Program-made: the position numbers and the translations under genes
The notes under the pieces: generated by a model
Told to the model about the DNA's origin: nothing
What the model saw: only the letters and a program-made list of their open reading frames with translations
Databases searched by the model: none
NCBI RefSeq assembly: GCF_006345805.1
Contig: NC_043010.1
Location: forward strand, 42,160,001 to 42,224,000
DNA from: Octopus sinensis
Taxonomy: Eukaryota
Direction: 5' to 3'
DNA: 64,000 nt
Shown here: positions 26,250 to 38,764 of the stretch, piece after piece
How positions within the stretch are numbered: position 1 is the stretch's first letter
Layout: every line of letters begins with the position of its first letter

Positions 26250-26639
26250 GCGTGTGTGTGTGTCTGTGTGTGCGTGTGCGTGTGTGTATATATAGAGAGA
26301 TCGGTTTTTCTTTTTCGATTGTCTGACAATGTGTTTACTGCATGCTGGTCCGATAATCTACATCTACTTTTTGCATCTATAGAGTGAAGTCTTGTGTCAG
26401 TGAATATTGAAATAAAGGAGTACCAAGTTGTGGCTATGTTCTTTTTTTCCTATCACTGCCGTACTCTTTATATTACGTCATAGAACCCCTCCCGCCCTCC
26501 AATAAGGACAATGTGTGCGAACATGCGACACTTCGAGTTCACAGTGTTTAGCATTAGATCCGAAACTCATGTGGTTTGTCGCGCCTCGAGCGCATATATT
26601 TACTCACACACACATACACAAAACACACACATACACACA

Positions 26640-26682
<43 letters not shown>

Positions 26683-26692
26683 TACATATATA

Positions 26693-27092
26693 CTCTTTTT
26701 ACTCTTTTACTTGTTTCAGTCATTTGACTGTGACCATGCTGGAGCACCGCCTTTTTTTACTCGAACAAATCGACCCCAGGACTTATTCTTTGTAAGCCTA
26801 GTACTTATTTTATCGGCCTCTTTTGCCGCACCGCTAAGTTACGGGGACGTAAACACACCAGCATCGGGACAAACACAGATACACAGACATACACGCACAC
26901 ATACACACATATATATATACATATATATACGACGGGCTTCTTTCAGTTTCCGTTTACCAAATCCACTCACAAGGCTTTGGTCGGCCTGAGGCTATAGCAG
27001 AAGACACTTGCCCAAGGTGCCACGCAGTGCGACTGAACCCGGAACCATGTGGTTCGTAAGCAAGCTACTTACCACACAGCCACTCCTACGCC
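26693..27092 (-). mobile_element. SINE family A, near full-length
   Basis: tRNA-like head, ccttgggcaagtgtctt, internal microsatellite and A-rich tail. Confidence 0.9.
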
Positions 27093-27156
27093 TATGTACA
27101 TATATATGTACTCCTACGCCTATGTATATATATTATATATATATATGTGTGTGTCA

Positions 27157-27194
<38 letters not shown>

Positions 27195-27663
27195 TGTGTG
27201 TGTGTGTGTGTGTGTGTACATATCATTTCATTTATAATTTTGTTTTAGCAGGCAACAACTTAGTATTTTTACTCATTGTAGTAGTAGTAGTAGTAGTAGT
27301 GGTAGTGGTGGTGGTGGTGCCAATAATGTGAAAACTTGCTAGTAGTGGTAGTTATATTGTCAGCACTACTAACAGTCGTTTCCTTGCGGTGGTGCAGTAA
27401 CAGTGGCATATGTGTATATAACAGCAGTCGCAGCATAACAGTAAGACCTGCAAATAAATAATATTAGTAGTAGTGATGGTAGCGTTATTTCTGTAAAAAC
27501 ATGTAACAGCGTCAATAAGAGTACTGATGGTTGATCTGCCTTTGTCGTGACCGAATGCCTACCAGTTATAGCCTCTTCGACATACATACATACATACATA
27601 CATACATACATACATACATACATACATACACATTTTGTATGTACGTACATACATATATAAATA

Positions 27664-27874
27664 CGACGGGATGCTGAAAAGTTCCTGGTTTAAAGGGTGC
27701 TGAGAAAGGCCTAGTTGGAGGCTCAACCAATCCGAGATCTTTTGCAGGGCCTAGAAAAACTGAAGGGCTGCTGCAACGTGTATGAATATGAGAGGGAAAT
27801 ATGTTGAATAAAGTCATAAGGGATCCTCTTGTATTGTCTTTTATTCAAAGCCAGGGACTTCTCAGCACTCCTCG
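27664..27874. mobile_element. Mariner-type MITE
   Basis: TIRs cgacgggatgctgaaaagttcctggttt / aaagccagggacttctcagcactcctcg, flanked by TA. Confidence 0.8.
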
Positions 27875-28042
27875 TACATACATACATACATACATATATA
27901 CATACATACATACATACATACATGCATACATACATACATACATACGTACATACATACATACATACGTACATACATACATACGTACGTACATACATACATA
28001 CGTACATACATACATACGTACATACGTACGTACATACATACA

Positions 28043-28076
<34 letters not shown>

Positions 28077-28265
28077 CATACATACATACATACGTACATA
28101 CATACATACGTACATACATACATACATACGTACGTACATACATACGTACGTACGTACATACATACATACATACATACATACATACATACATACATACATA
28201 CACACAGACACACATATGCATGTGTGTGTGTATTTGGATGGATGGATAGATAGATAGATAGATAT

Positions 28266-28335
<70 letters not shown>
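27875..28335. repeat. (TACA)n then (GATA)n microsatellites
   Basis: Direct observation. Confidence 0.95.
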
Positions 28336-28354
<19 letters not shown>

Positions 28355-29227
28355 CATGATGGATTACAATAACCTATGCGGCCTTTCTTGTTTGACAATG
28401 GTATTTGAGGGAATTTGACTGTTATTTCTAATAGATTGAAGAATATACAAGAGGTAACGTCATTGGTTCGTGCTGACACATGTCTTGTGTTGATGACTTG
28501 TGTTATAGGTATTTGTAATAGTGGTGCATTCAGCGGTAGAGGTTTTGATATTATCTTTCGACGAAATGTCCATGTGGAACATGCGAGAGTCACTTTGATG
28601 CCTGTTTGAGAAATTAGCGGTCGGCAGTGCAGTCAGCCTTAGTTACTTACTACTAGCAATAACAACAGAAGAGAATAACGGAGAATGAGATAAGAGATCG
28701 GAGAATATCTTCACATAGAAACTACTAGTCGGTGGGCCGATTGCTCGCTCACTCCACTGGAAGATTATATTGATACCGCTGCTACACAACACTGCACACA
28801 AGCGTTAGTCTAGAATGATAGCTTCTACAACAGTCCCGGTACTGAATCTTATCAGTCACGTCACTGCTGACAAGTGAAATGTCGCTGACATTGGTAATAA
28901 CAGTGCTAGGAGGAGAGCAGAATGTGGCGACTGTTGTGGCGAGAGGTTAACATAGGAGAGAGAGAGAGAGAGAGAAAGGAAGAGGGAGAGAGTAAGGGAG
29001 GGAGAGCGAAGGAGTCAATCAACAAATGAAGGGGAAAGAGAGAAGAGATGAAAGTAAAGGGAGACAGAGTGCTTCACCAGTGATTACAGTGTCAGATATA
29101 TCACTATACATTGAATGGCTGTTTAATTGTAAGAGGAGAAAAACAGAGAAAAACATTATTATCGTTATGATCATCACAGACAATAGCAAGAATAGCGGGA
29201 ACTACATTACAGATCACTAACCAATAT

Positions 29228-29407
29228 AGGAACTTCACTTGAACCTGCTAGAAACAGCAGCCAAATCTCTCCCTCCTTAAAAGAAGGACACGTTGGATAA
29301 TGTAGTCCGATACACACCTGAAAAAGACGAGATGGTCACAGCTGGAATGTCTTCGATGATAAATATACGGTCATGGTTGACATACGGTAAACAACAAGAA
29401 CAACAAC
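29228..29407 (+). mobile_element. SINE-like family C (ctagaaatagcagccaaa...aaacaacaac)
   Basis: Related copies near 24420-24540, 54255-54425 and 54450-54600. Confidence 0.55.
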
Positions 29408-29736
29408 GTCAGTGACAAACATTGCGAGATATATTAACCAGATGTCTCTTGAAGGAAGTTTGAACCGTGGTTGATTGATAGCGGTAACCGGTGCTGACAT
29501 CCAGCCTTGTGTAGATGTGTTCCACCTTCACAACGCCAGATATTAATGACAGACGTAACTACTGCGACTGTAAACAGCGACATTCTTCATGTCTACTACG
29601 AAAGCTGTTCAAAGGAAGCAGGCAATTTCACAGTGGATACAATCAACTGAAGTCATATATATACCATGATGGAACCACATGGATGCATATGGTGGCAATA
29701 ACAATACTGTCATCATATACTACTACTACAACAACA

Positions 29737-29785
<49 letters not shown>

Positions 29786-29816
29786 GGGCTGCTGCTGTTG
29801 CTGCCAATACTGCTGT

Positions 29817-29866
<50 letters not shown>

Positions 29867-30117
29867 TAGAACACATGGAATAGAAGTGTGGCAAGTGATT
29901 GACTAAAATAAAATTATAAAACTGATTATTTACTTATATACTACACACATGCATAAACATGGATCTATACATACACACATTAACATACACACACATGTAT
30001 AACACATAAGTACACACATATTCATTTATATAAACATATATATACATATATATACATATATATATATACATATATATACATATATATATATACATATACA
30101 TAGATATATATATATAC

Positions 30118-30164
<47 letters not shown>

Positions 30165-30217
30165 CGTATGAATGTGTGAGCGTAGGTCTGTATGCATGTA
30201 GATGTTAATGTACATGC

Positions 30218-30255
30218 ACTTACCCTGAAAACAGTAAAAAGAAAAATGAGGTGAG
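30218..30255 (-). other. Juxtaposed 3' splice site, one G, then 5' splice site
   Basis: Minus strand: ctcac ctcatttttctttttactgttttCAG G GTAAGT gcatg. Confidence 0.35.
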
Positions 30256-31422
30256 ACACACGGAAAATATATTCATATATCAAGGAATCTTAAAAAATAA
30301 TAGTTTGTGGACGTTACTTCAGCCGTCTTGTTTGAGTCTAACCAAAAAATAAACAGTGTGGCTGAAGTCAAGAGTCTACCAGGTGACGGTTTGGGCAGCA
30401 GTGATGGCATCACTGCTAATGAGATTATTGATATTCTCGGAACTAATACCATCGCAAGTGGAGCCGGAGTGAAAGCCAACGTTTTGGAATTTGTGACGAC
30501 GGAATCTACTGATCTACGGCACGGTCTAGCGATAGGTGGAGGAGGAGGAGGAGGAGGACAGGAAGACACGACTAGTATTTGGTAGGTTAATGCTATATTA
30601 GTGTTTCTTATGTAAACATGTAATTAGTTCTGTTTGGATGTGCTGACCAGCATGACTAAACTAAGATGAGTTTGTTTATTTTTCTTCTGACAACATAAAC
30701 AAACGTGTTTGTTTTGTGAATACCTTTTTTGTATACACCAATTCCTATACCAGCGAATTTGCCGACAATTTTGTAACGACACATATCCCTCTTCATATAT
30801 CTATATATTCATACCCTATTATACACACACACACACAATATACGTATGTGATTTCTATATGCTAGAAACACCAATCAAATCACCATCAAAAACATCGAAT
30901 ACTATAGTATTGCATACGCTTAAAATGTCTTTGATCATTAGTCTGCTCATTCAGAGCTAATCAGAGAATAAATAACAACAGACGAACACAAATATACTAC
31001 TTCAAAGCCGACACAACACGGTGTACAGTCAACACACACCTGGATACAGTCTTTGTATATACAAACACCAAAATATATCTTCATACTCCATACAATACCA
31101 TATCAAAATACAAATGGTATAACTTCATGGCTATTTACACTGAAGCTAACTTCTGCATGTTTATACAATATACATGAGAGCATGTAGTACATATACATAT
31201 TGTATATGTATACACACATGCGCGGGTGTGTGTTGGAATGTATGTATGGTATGTGTATATGACGTATGTGATTATTTGTATATTATATATGGTGTATGTA
31301 CATGTGTGTATCTATGTGTGTTTACACACACCAGAAAAGTAAACTTCATCTATGCAAACTTGCAAATCACACAATGGGTCTGAAAGACAAAAGCTTTTAT
31401 GAGTCTGGATGTGTATGCATGC

Positions 31423-31455
<33 letters not shown>

Positions 31456-31572
31456 GTATGTATGTATGTATGTATGTATGTATGCATGTATGTATGTTTG
31501 TATGTTTGTATGTATGTTTGTATGTTTGTATGTATGTATGTATGTATGTATGTATGTATGTATGTATGCATG

Positions 31573-31604
<32 letters not shown>

Positions 31605-32051
31605 CATGTATGTATGTATGTATGTATGTATATATGTATGTATGTACGTACGCATTCATGTTAATGTGTGTATGTGTGAGTGTGTGTATGCGTGATGTGG
31701 GCAATGGCCACAAGTCGACATAAACATTCAGAAAGAAAATGAGTGTTGGAAACTATTACATAACTTTTCTTACATAATGTGTCACGTTATATTAGAGGTA
31801 CTCGTGTCTGAGGAATACACAGCCACTTATGAGCTAGTATATGATTAAGTGTATAGTTGATTAAACAAGTGGAATACTCGGTGTCGAAAGAGATAGGTTC
31901 CAATCACATTTTACACTACTTTCTGTGCATGATTATATTAATACATTTAAGTGAACACGTGTGCGCGTGTGACGCTGAGGACACGCGTATTCGTACACAC
32001 ATAGATGCACACATACATACACACATACAAAATACGACATATGTATGTATT

Positions 32052-32106
<55 letters not shown>

Positions 32107-32308
32107 GGCGTAGGAGTAGCTGTGTGGTAAGTAGCTTGCTTACCAACCACATGGTTTCGGGTTCAGTCCCACTGCATGGCACCTTGAGCAAAGTGTCTTC
32201 TACTATAGCCTCGGGCCGACCAAAGCCTTGTGAGTGGATATGGTAGACGGAAACTGAAAGAAGCCCGTCGTATGTATGTATATATATGTGTGTGTGTGTG
32301 TGTGTGTA

Positions 32309-32339
<31 letters not shown>

Positions 32340-32562
32340 TGTGTGTGTGTGTGTTTCTGTGTCTGTGTTTGTCCCCCCCAACATCGTTTGACAACCGATG
32401 CTGGTGTGTTTACGTCCCCGTAACTTAGCGGTTCGGCAAAAGTGACCGATAGAATAAGTACTAGGCTTACAAAGAATAAGTCCTGGAGTCGATTTGCTCA
32501 ACTAAAGGCGGTGCTCCAGCATAGCCACAGTCAAATGTCTGAAACAAATAAAAAGAGTAAAA
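32107..32562 (+). mobile_element. SINE family A, full-length
   Basis: A/B-box-like head, internal (TA/TG)n after gaagcccgtcg, tail tgaaacaaataaaaagag. Confidence 0.9.
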
Positions 32563-32610
32563 AAAGATTAAAAAGCGTATATGTAGACACACTCACACTC
32601 ACACACACAA

Positions 32611-32769
32611 GGCGCAGTCCTGGCTGAGTGAGAAGAAGTTTGCTTCTCAAGTACATGGTTCCAATTTCATTCCGAATGCGTGGCACCTTGAGCAATATGT
32701 CTTCTCCTATAGCCACGGGCTTGTGAATGGATTTGGCAGACGAAAACTAAAAGAAGCCTGTCGTATATA

Positions 32770-32823
<54 letters not shown>

Positions 32824-33030
32824 CTAGACAGACAGAGAAAGTGTGTGTCAGTATTTGTCCCCCACAACCGGTTCTCGTGCGCTTACACCCCATTAGTTTA
32901 TTGGTTCGGTAAAAAAGACTGATAGAATAAATTCCAGGCTTTAAGAAATTAAGTACTGAGGTTCTATTCATTCGACTGAAATTCTTCAAGGAGATGCCCC
33001 AGCATGGCCGCGGTCTAATAACTGAAACAA
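32611..33030 (+). mobile_element. SINE family A, older copy
   Basis: Colinear with 32107-32562. Confidence 0.8.
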
Positions 33031-33080
33031 AACGATGTAAAAGTAGATGAAAAAAAAAAGACTATCATTGTTTTCTTTTT

Positions 33081-33471
33081 CTTGTTTCAGTCATTTTATT
33101 GCGGCCATGCTGGGATAACACCTCGAAGAAATTTAATCGAAGGAATCGACCCCAATACTTAATTTTTAAAGTCTAGTACATATTCTGTCGGTCAGCTCAG
33201 ACAAACCGCTAAGTTACACTAGCAACGGTTGCTAAGCGGTGGTGAGGGACAAACACAGAACACACGGACACACGGATGCAAGCGCGCGCGCGCGCACACA
33301 CACACATACAATGGGCTTCTTTCAGTTTCTCTCTACCTAATCCACTCACAATGCTTAGGTCGACCTGAGACTGAAGTACAAATCACTTGCACAAGGTGCG
33401 ACGCATCTGGACTGAACCCGGAACCACGTGGTTAGAAAACAAACTTTCAATCACACAGCTATGCTTGCACC
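33081..33471 (-). mobile_element. SINE family A, older copy (inverted)
   Basis: Reverse complement is colinear with 32107-32562. Confidence 0.8.
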
Positions 33472-33836
33472 TATATAATAGCAGTATTTTAAAACGTTCG
33501 TCCTTCAGGGTTGATCCATTAAAATATAACTGGTTTCTGGCGAAGGTTTCAGACGGGAGATTTATTGAACAAAACACCTGGTGGTATTTCTTCCGTCTAA
33601 AAAATATCATTTAATCCATACTTAGCCCTAAAGGCTTCTTCTGATGAAAATACAGAGTCAATTCTGAGTGACAGAAGATAATATCTAGCCGAAGCAACAG
33701 AGTGACTCAAGACACCCGAGTTCCGTGCGTTAGTACTTAATAAAAATATACATATACTCATATTTTGAGTTCTATGGCGGAGGGACAAGCACAGACACAC
33801 AAACATATACATACATACATACATACATACGTACAT

Positions 33837-33883
<47 letters not shown>

Positions 33884-33900
33884 ATATATATATATATACA

Positions 33901-34062
33901 CGCCGGGCTTCTTTCAGTTTCCGTCTACCAAATCCACTCAGAAAGATTTGGTCGGCCCTAGTCTATAGTAGAAGACACTTGCCCAAGGTATCACACAGTT
34001 GGACTGAACCTGGAACCATATGGTTGTGAAGCAAGCTTCTTACCACACAACCGCTCCTGCGG
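33901..34062 (-). mobile_element. SINE family A 5' half
   Basis: Similar to the reverse complement of 32107-32270. Confidence 0.85.
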
Positions 34063-34085
34063 CTCTCTCTCTCTCTCTCTCTATA

Positions 34086-34125
<40 letters not shown>

Positions 34126-34171
34126 TATATGTAAGTATGTATGTATGTATGTATGTATGTATGTATGTATG

Positions 34172-34810
34172 TATCAAAATAAGCAACAAGGATATCTAGG
34201 GGTAATGCAGTACGATCGTTTCACGCAACTCCATTTAATTGAACAATACAACCATTACATCAGTTTAAATGCAGGTTAATCCTCAGCTGCACAAAGACAT
34301 AGAATTTAATTAAATTAAAACAGATGGACACATTAGTATAATTTTGCCTAAAATCTCCAAGAAGTTAAGGAGATAGACACAGAACATTGGTGCCCTTCCT
34401 TCCACTTAGAAGCTACTAAGTTATCAGGTAGAAAGACTTGTTACAGATTTTACTTGTCACTTTTATATGGGGTCAGTTATAATTTATAGACTAGTTTTTA
34501 TCAAATCCTTGTATATCTAAGACCGGGTTTGTTAAGGGTAGGGCTGAGGGAGTCGATAAAAAACATAGTGGGTATAGTCATAAAAATCAAGATTTATTTG
34601 AAGCAATATCATGGGATTTGGTAAAGGAAAACTTAAATGAAGATGTTAGCTGACAATTAAGGGGACTGGCCACTAGAAGACCATTGATAATGAAACAGGA
34701 AAAACCATATCATATAGTTACTATAGTTAAATATTTTAAGCAATACTTCTTTATTGTATAAAGTCAAAGTTTAGGGTTATTCAGAGGATTATTTCAGAAG
34801 AATAATTATA
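34172..34810 (-). mobile_element. Penelope-like family P1
   Basis: Similar to the reverse complement of 8390-9025. Confidence 0.7.
34205..34292 (-). ncRNA. Type-I hammerhead ribozyme (P1 family, intact core)
   Basis: GUGCAG CUGAGGA [insert] GAAA CGAUCG UA CUGCAU. Confidence 0.7.
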
Positions 34811-35208
34811 ACAAAAGGATAAAGTGTTTTATGAATACTTTTGAGTATATACCAAACTTTTACCACAATAGAGGGAGGAAAAGAAAATTACCCAGAAATA
34901 GTTTAATATTTATACATATTATAAATTTAAATACTAACTAATCAGATGGTATCAGTGAATATTGATCAATTGGTATATACTGGTATTTAATAAAGAAGTA
35001 CTGAGGTAAAAGAACATGCTAACTATGAATTAATTTAATCATAATCTAAGCAGTTTGTGTTAAGTAGTGAATATACCAGTATTGTTTATGTATAAACTAA
35101 GTATGAATTTATGGAGGTAAAAATATTAGATTTGTTTTATAAATATATGTATATATATATATGTATATGTCTATCTACCTGTCTTATTATCTCTGTCCCT
35201 ATCAATCT

Positions 35209-35263
<55 letters not shown>

Positions 35264-35319
35264 CATTTAAATATTTGTTGTGCAAGATCTTTTATGTGAA
35301 GTCGTGTGTTGAAACAGAC

Positions 35320-35704
35320 ATTGTTATATTTCGGAATGGTCATATTGCCAGTTTAGCCAATAAAAACACACGCACTATATATTTGGTGTTATTTTGCTTC
35401 AGTGTTATTTATTTTTTACATTAATCTTAATCTTATTTCGGCCAGAGTTCTTTCGTCACACTCCTGTGACCGCATCAGTGGTCCTTTGTTTTCTTCTTTC
35501 TTATTTGTGTCTCTCCTTAATAAGAAAGAAGAAAACAAAGGACCACTGATGCGGTCACAGGCGTGTGACGAAAGAACTCTGGCCGAAATAAGATTAAGAT
35601 TAATGTAAAAAATAAATAATACTGAAGCAAAATAACACCAAATATATAGTGCGTGTGTTTTTATTGGCTAAACTGGCAATATGACCATTCCGAAATATAA
35701 CAAT
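35320..35704. mobile_element. Palindromic inverted Penelope-like pLTR (186-bp arms, 13-bp loop)
   Basis: 35320-35505 matches the reverse complement of 35519-35704 with about 2 mismatches; related to 63170-63760. Confidence 0.85.
35540..35584 (+). ncRNA. Minimal hammerhead-like motif, A9C variant (mirror copy 35440-35484 on minus)
   Basis: GGACCA CUGAUGC G GUCACA-ggcg-UGUGAC GAAA GAAC UC UGGCC. Confidence 0.55.
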
Positions 35705-35738
35705 ATATATATACATGTATATATATATATATAATATA

Positions 35739-35782
<44 letters not shown>

Positions 35783-35970
35783 GTCCCCATCACCGCTTGA
35801 CAACCGGTGTTGGTGTGTTTACATCTCCATAACTTAGCAGTTCGGCAAAAGAGACCGATAGTATAAGTACTAGGCTTAAGAAATAAGTCTTGGGGCCTAT
35901 TTGTTTGACTAAAAACCTTCAAGGCGGTTCTCCAGCATGGCCATAGTCAAAGGACTGAAACAAATAAAAG
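35783..35970 (+). mobile_element. SINE family A 3' half
   Basis: Similar to 32370-32555. Confidence 0.8.
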
Positions 35971-35979
35971 AATAAGAAA

Positions 35980-36033
<54 letters not shown>

Positions 36034-36044
36034 ATGTATGTGTG

Positions 36045-36312
36045 TGCAATAATTATAATGATAGAATATATGGAAACTAGTACATTCTCAAAATTGAGTT
36101 CTTTTTATTTAACGGTATGTCATACGGCATATTTTCATTGCTACTACGATCTACACGTGTTTCTGTTGCACAGAGTATGAGCATGTGCATATGCGACCGG
36201 GAATAATTTTCTCTGCAATGAAAATATGCTGTATGACATACCGTGTAAAAAAAAGGAAATAAATCTTAAATATGTACCAGTTTCCATATCCTTTATCACT
36301 ATGTTTATTGCA
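36045..36312. mobile_element. Foldback MITE (about 97-bp imperfect arms)
   Basis: 36112-36141 matches the reverse complement of 36215-36244 (1 mismatch); outer similarity extends to about 36045/36312. Confidence 0.7.
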
Positions 36313-37074
36313 AATATACACTCCAGATAATATTACCATCCAGTGAAGCGAACACGGAATTACCCATCGGAGAAATATACAGCATGAGTGACAACACGTA
36401 GGAGTTACAGACGTTAAATACTAATCAATGCAGTTAGCCGTAACCTGGAACATAACTGAGAGCTACCACGGTATCAGCCCGGATAATATATCCCTCTAAA
36501 CAAATATATATATATATAATATATATATATATATATACACACACACAGAAACACATAAAGTGTGAGAGAGAGAATGAGAGAAAGAAAAGGCTAATGGATA
36601 TTTTGACACATAATCATAACGAGGTGTCATTAATGGCATATCATAGATTCAGCTATCTGGATAGGATTAACTGAGAAACATCTAAGTTTTATTTAGTAAA
36701 ATCTGGCCTTTATTGCTTGAAATAATAACATGCATATCCCATGTGTAATATATTTGTATTGATATAAGGTGCTATTCTTGATTTTACCTAATATGCATTG
36801 TAAACGTTATAACTGTAATTAAAAACATCAGATGTCCAATAATCCGGTCAACCCCAAAGATTAAGAATTGTCGAAAATACTCTCAAACTGTGAAGCAGCT
36901 GTCACATAACACATAATCGCTTTCATAACGACATCAGAACTAGAAATGTATATCCTAACTACAAAATAGCTGAGAACATTTAAAATATCATTCGTAGCAG
37001 ACGTTCTCTCGACATCGTTCACACACGCCTGACACGGGCTCCGAAGTTACAGCCCGAGTTGTTATCTATAATCC

Positions 37075-37462
37075 TGGGTGAATGTAGCAAGGATGACGAA
37101 GCCACCTTGAGCATAATCCTATGAACCCGGAAAATTTAAAATAGAGGGTTACCTACTTGCAAACAAATGTGGTAACATGTAACATTATTGATCGAGGTTA
37201 CCGTAGTCTTTTCCGTAGGCATTTCTTCCCATGGATAAACCTTATCTTCTTCCCCCTTTACAAATTACTTCATGACACTGTGATACACGACCCCTATTGA
37301 TCGTTTCTTTTTCTCTTTCCCTCCTTTTTTATTTTTCTTTCCCTTTTACGATCCCTTTTGATCGAAAACCTACCCCATCTTTTTTTCTCTCCCCCAAAAA
37401 GAAAAGCTCTACTTTGTAATCTGTCCCGTCTGTGTGCAGCCCTTTGTGGCTAATTAAGAAAC
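37075..37462 (+). mobile_element. LINE 3' end (L1/Tx1-like), with tail also at 45990-46072
   Basis: Tail aaaagctctac...tgtgtgcagccc...taaagaaac occurs at both sites; clade assignment tentative. Confidence 0.5.
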
Positions 37463-37882
37463 CTATATATAATCCTAAAAATTAAAAGTAATTCGAATTC
37501 TATGTTTTCTTGAAATAGTAAATTTCTATAGGGATTAGGATTTAAATTCCAATCTATGAAAAGTTTCCGTTCTACAATATTCTTAAAGGAACGAAAAATA
37601 TATCCAACAACTCCAGCTAATACAAACGAGCCAAGTTAGTGTAAAAGACTAACTGGCATCTTTTGTCAAGAGAACCGGTGAGAGTCAGATCGCTGATGTT
37701 AGTTGTGCACTCCACTGTCGTTATTTGATTGCTGTTATTCTGTGCGTCTATGCGTTATAACTCTGCTTGCCTGCGTACTTATACATCGCTCGCATTTTTC
37801 GTCATAAAAATTATATAAAAATACATAAAAAATATATAAAAATATATAAAATCTTCTTGGGACATAACATAGAAAGCATGTT

Positions 37883-38310
37883 CTATCTGTTTTCTTTAGG
37901 GGACCAAAAACGTAACAGAAATTTAGTCACATGTGGGCATGATCCGAAAAGTTCTGTCCTTGTATTTAGACATGTAGTAGGGTCTAAGCTGCTTTTCCAG
38001 ATAAGCCATCTCTCCATGTCGCATAGACCGCACCTTCCGCTGCCGTTGGTATAGGGCTTACATCTGGCCAAAATCTTCCATTGTATGTTATAATCGACAC
38101 CTTTATCTCTTAAAGACCAAAGACAGTTGTGTTTTGCAGGGTTGCTTTATTTTTACCCTTAACTTAAATATGGAGAAATACATAGTGCTAAATATACAAA
38201 AAATAAGCCGTTCGGGGTTACAAATGAAGCGGAAAAACGAGAAATTCTTCGAGCAGGCATGTGTCTTATGCGAAATCTGTGTTGAGCCCGAATGACGCTG
38301 AGACCGGGAG
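37883..38310 (-). pseudogene. Penelope-like GIY-YIG endonuclease C-terminal fragment
   Basis: YNIQWKILARCKPYTNGSGRCGLCDMERWLI...LNTRTELFGSCPHVTKFLL fits the Penelope/Poseidon CxLC..E..LN.R.EL...C.H motif. Confidence 0.85.
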
Positions 38311-38319
38311 TCACCTCTG

Positions 38320-38356
38320 ATACATACATACATACATACATACATACATACATACA

Positions 38357-38390
<34 letters not shown>

Positions 38391-38657
38391 CATGTATGTA
38401 TGTATGTATGTATGTATACATACATGTATGTATGTATGTATACATACATGTATGTATGTATGTATACATACATGTATGTATGTATGTATACATACATGTA
38501 TGTATGTATACATACATGTATGTATGTACGTATACATACATGTATGTATGTATACATACATGTATGTATGTATGTATGTATACATACATGTATGTATGTA
38601 TGTATGTATACATACATGTATGTATGTATGTATGTATGTATGTATGTATGTATGTAT
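38320..38657. repeat. (TACA)n/(TATG)n array with 24-bp higher-order repeat
   Basis: tacatacatg recurs at 38417, 38441, 38465 and 38489. Confidence 0.85.
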
Positions 38658-38728
38658 AGTTGAAATTTACAGAAAAACAAAGGACGAAGACTGGTGTATT
38701 AGTTTGACGCTCGGCAAAGTGTGAAAGT

Positions 38729-38764
38729 CTTTCACGTTTCGAGCCTACTCTCTTCAACAGAAAG
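38729..38764 (-). ncRNA. Minimal hammerhead-like motif (A6U core, GUG site)
   Basis: CUUU CUGUUGA A GAG-aguagg-CUC GAAA CG UG AAAG. Confidence 0.5.

Noticed and set aside
27723-28593. Long ORFs with MYVC/HTYI/IYLS repeats (also near 3.2, 31.3, 38.1, 43.2 and 50.4 kb)
   Set aside because: Translations of stop-free microsatellites.
30307-30585. 92-aa ORF and its antisense 98-aa ORF
   Set aside because: Non-ATG starts, no recognisable domain, and part of each is a GGA repeat.
33635-33715. CUGAUGA...GAAG...UC possible HHR after a Penelope-like C-terminus
   Set aside because: No clear stem II or III; too degenerate.
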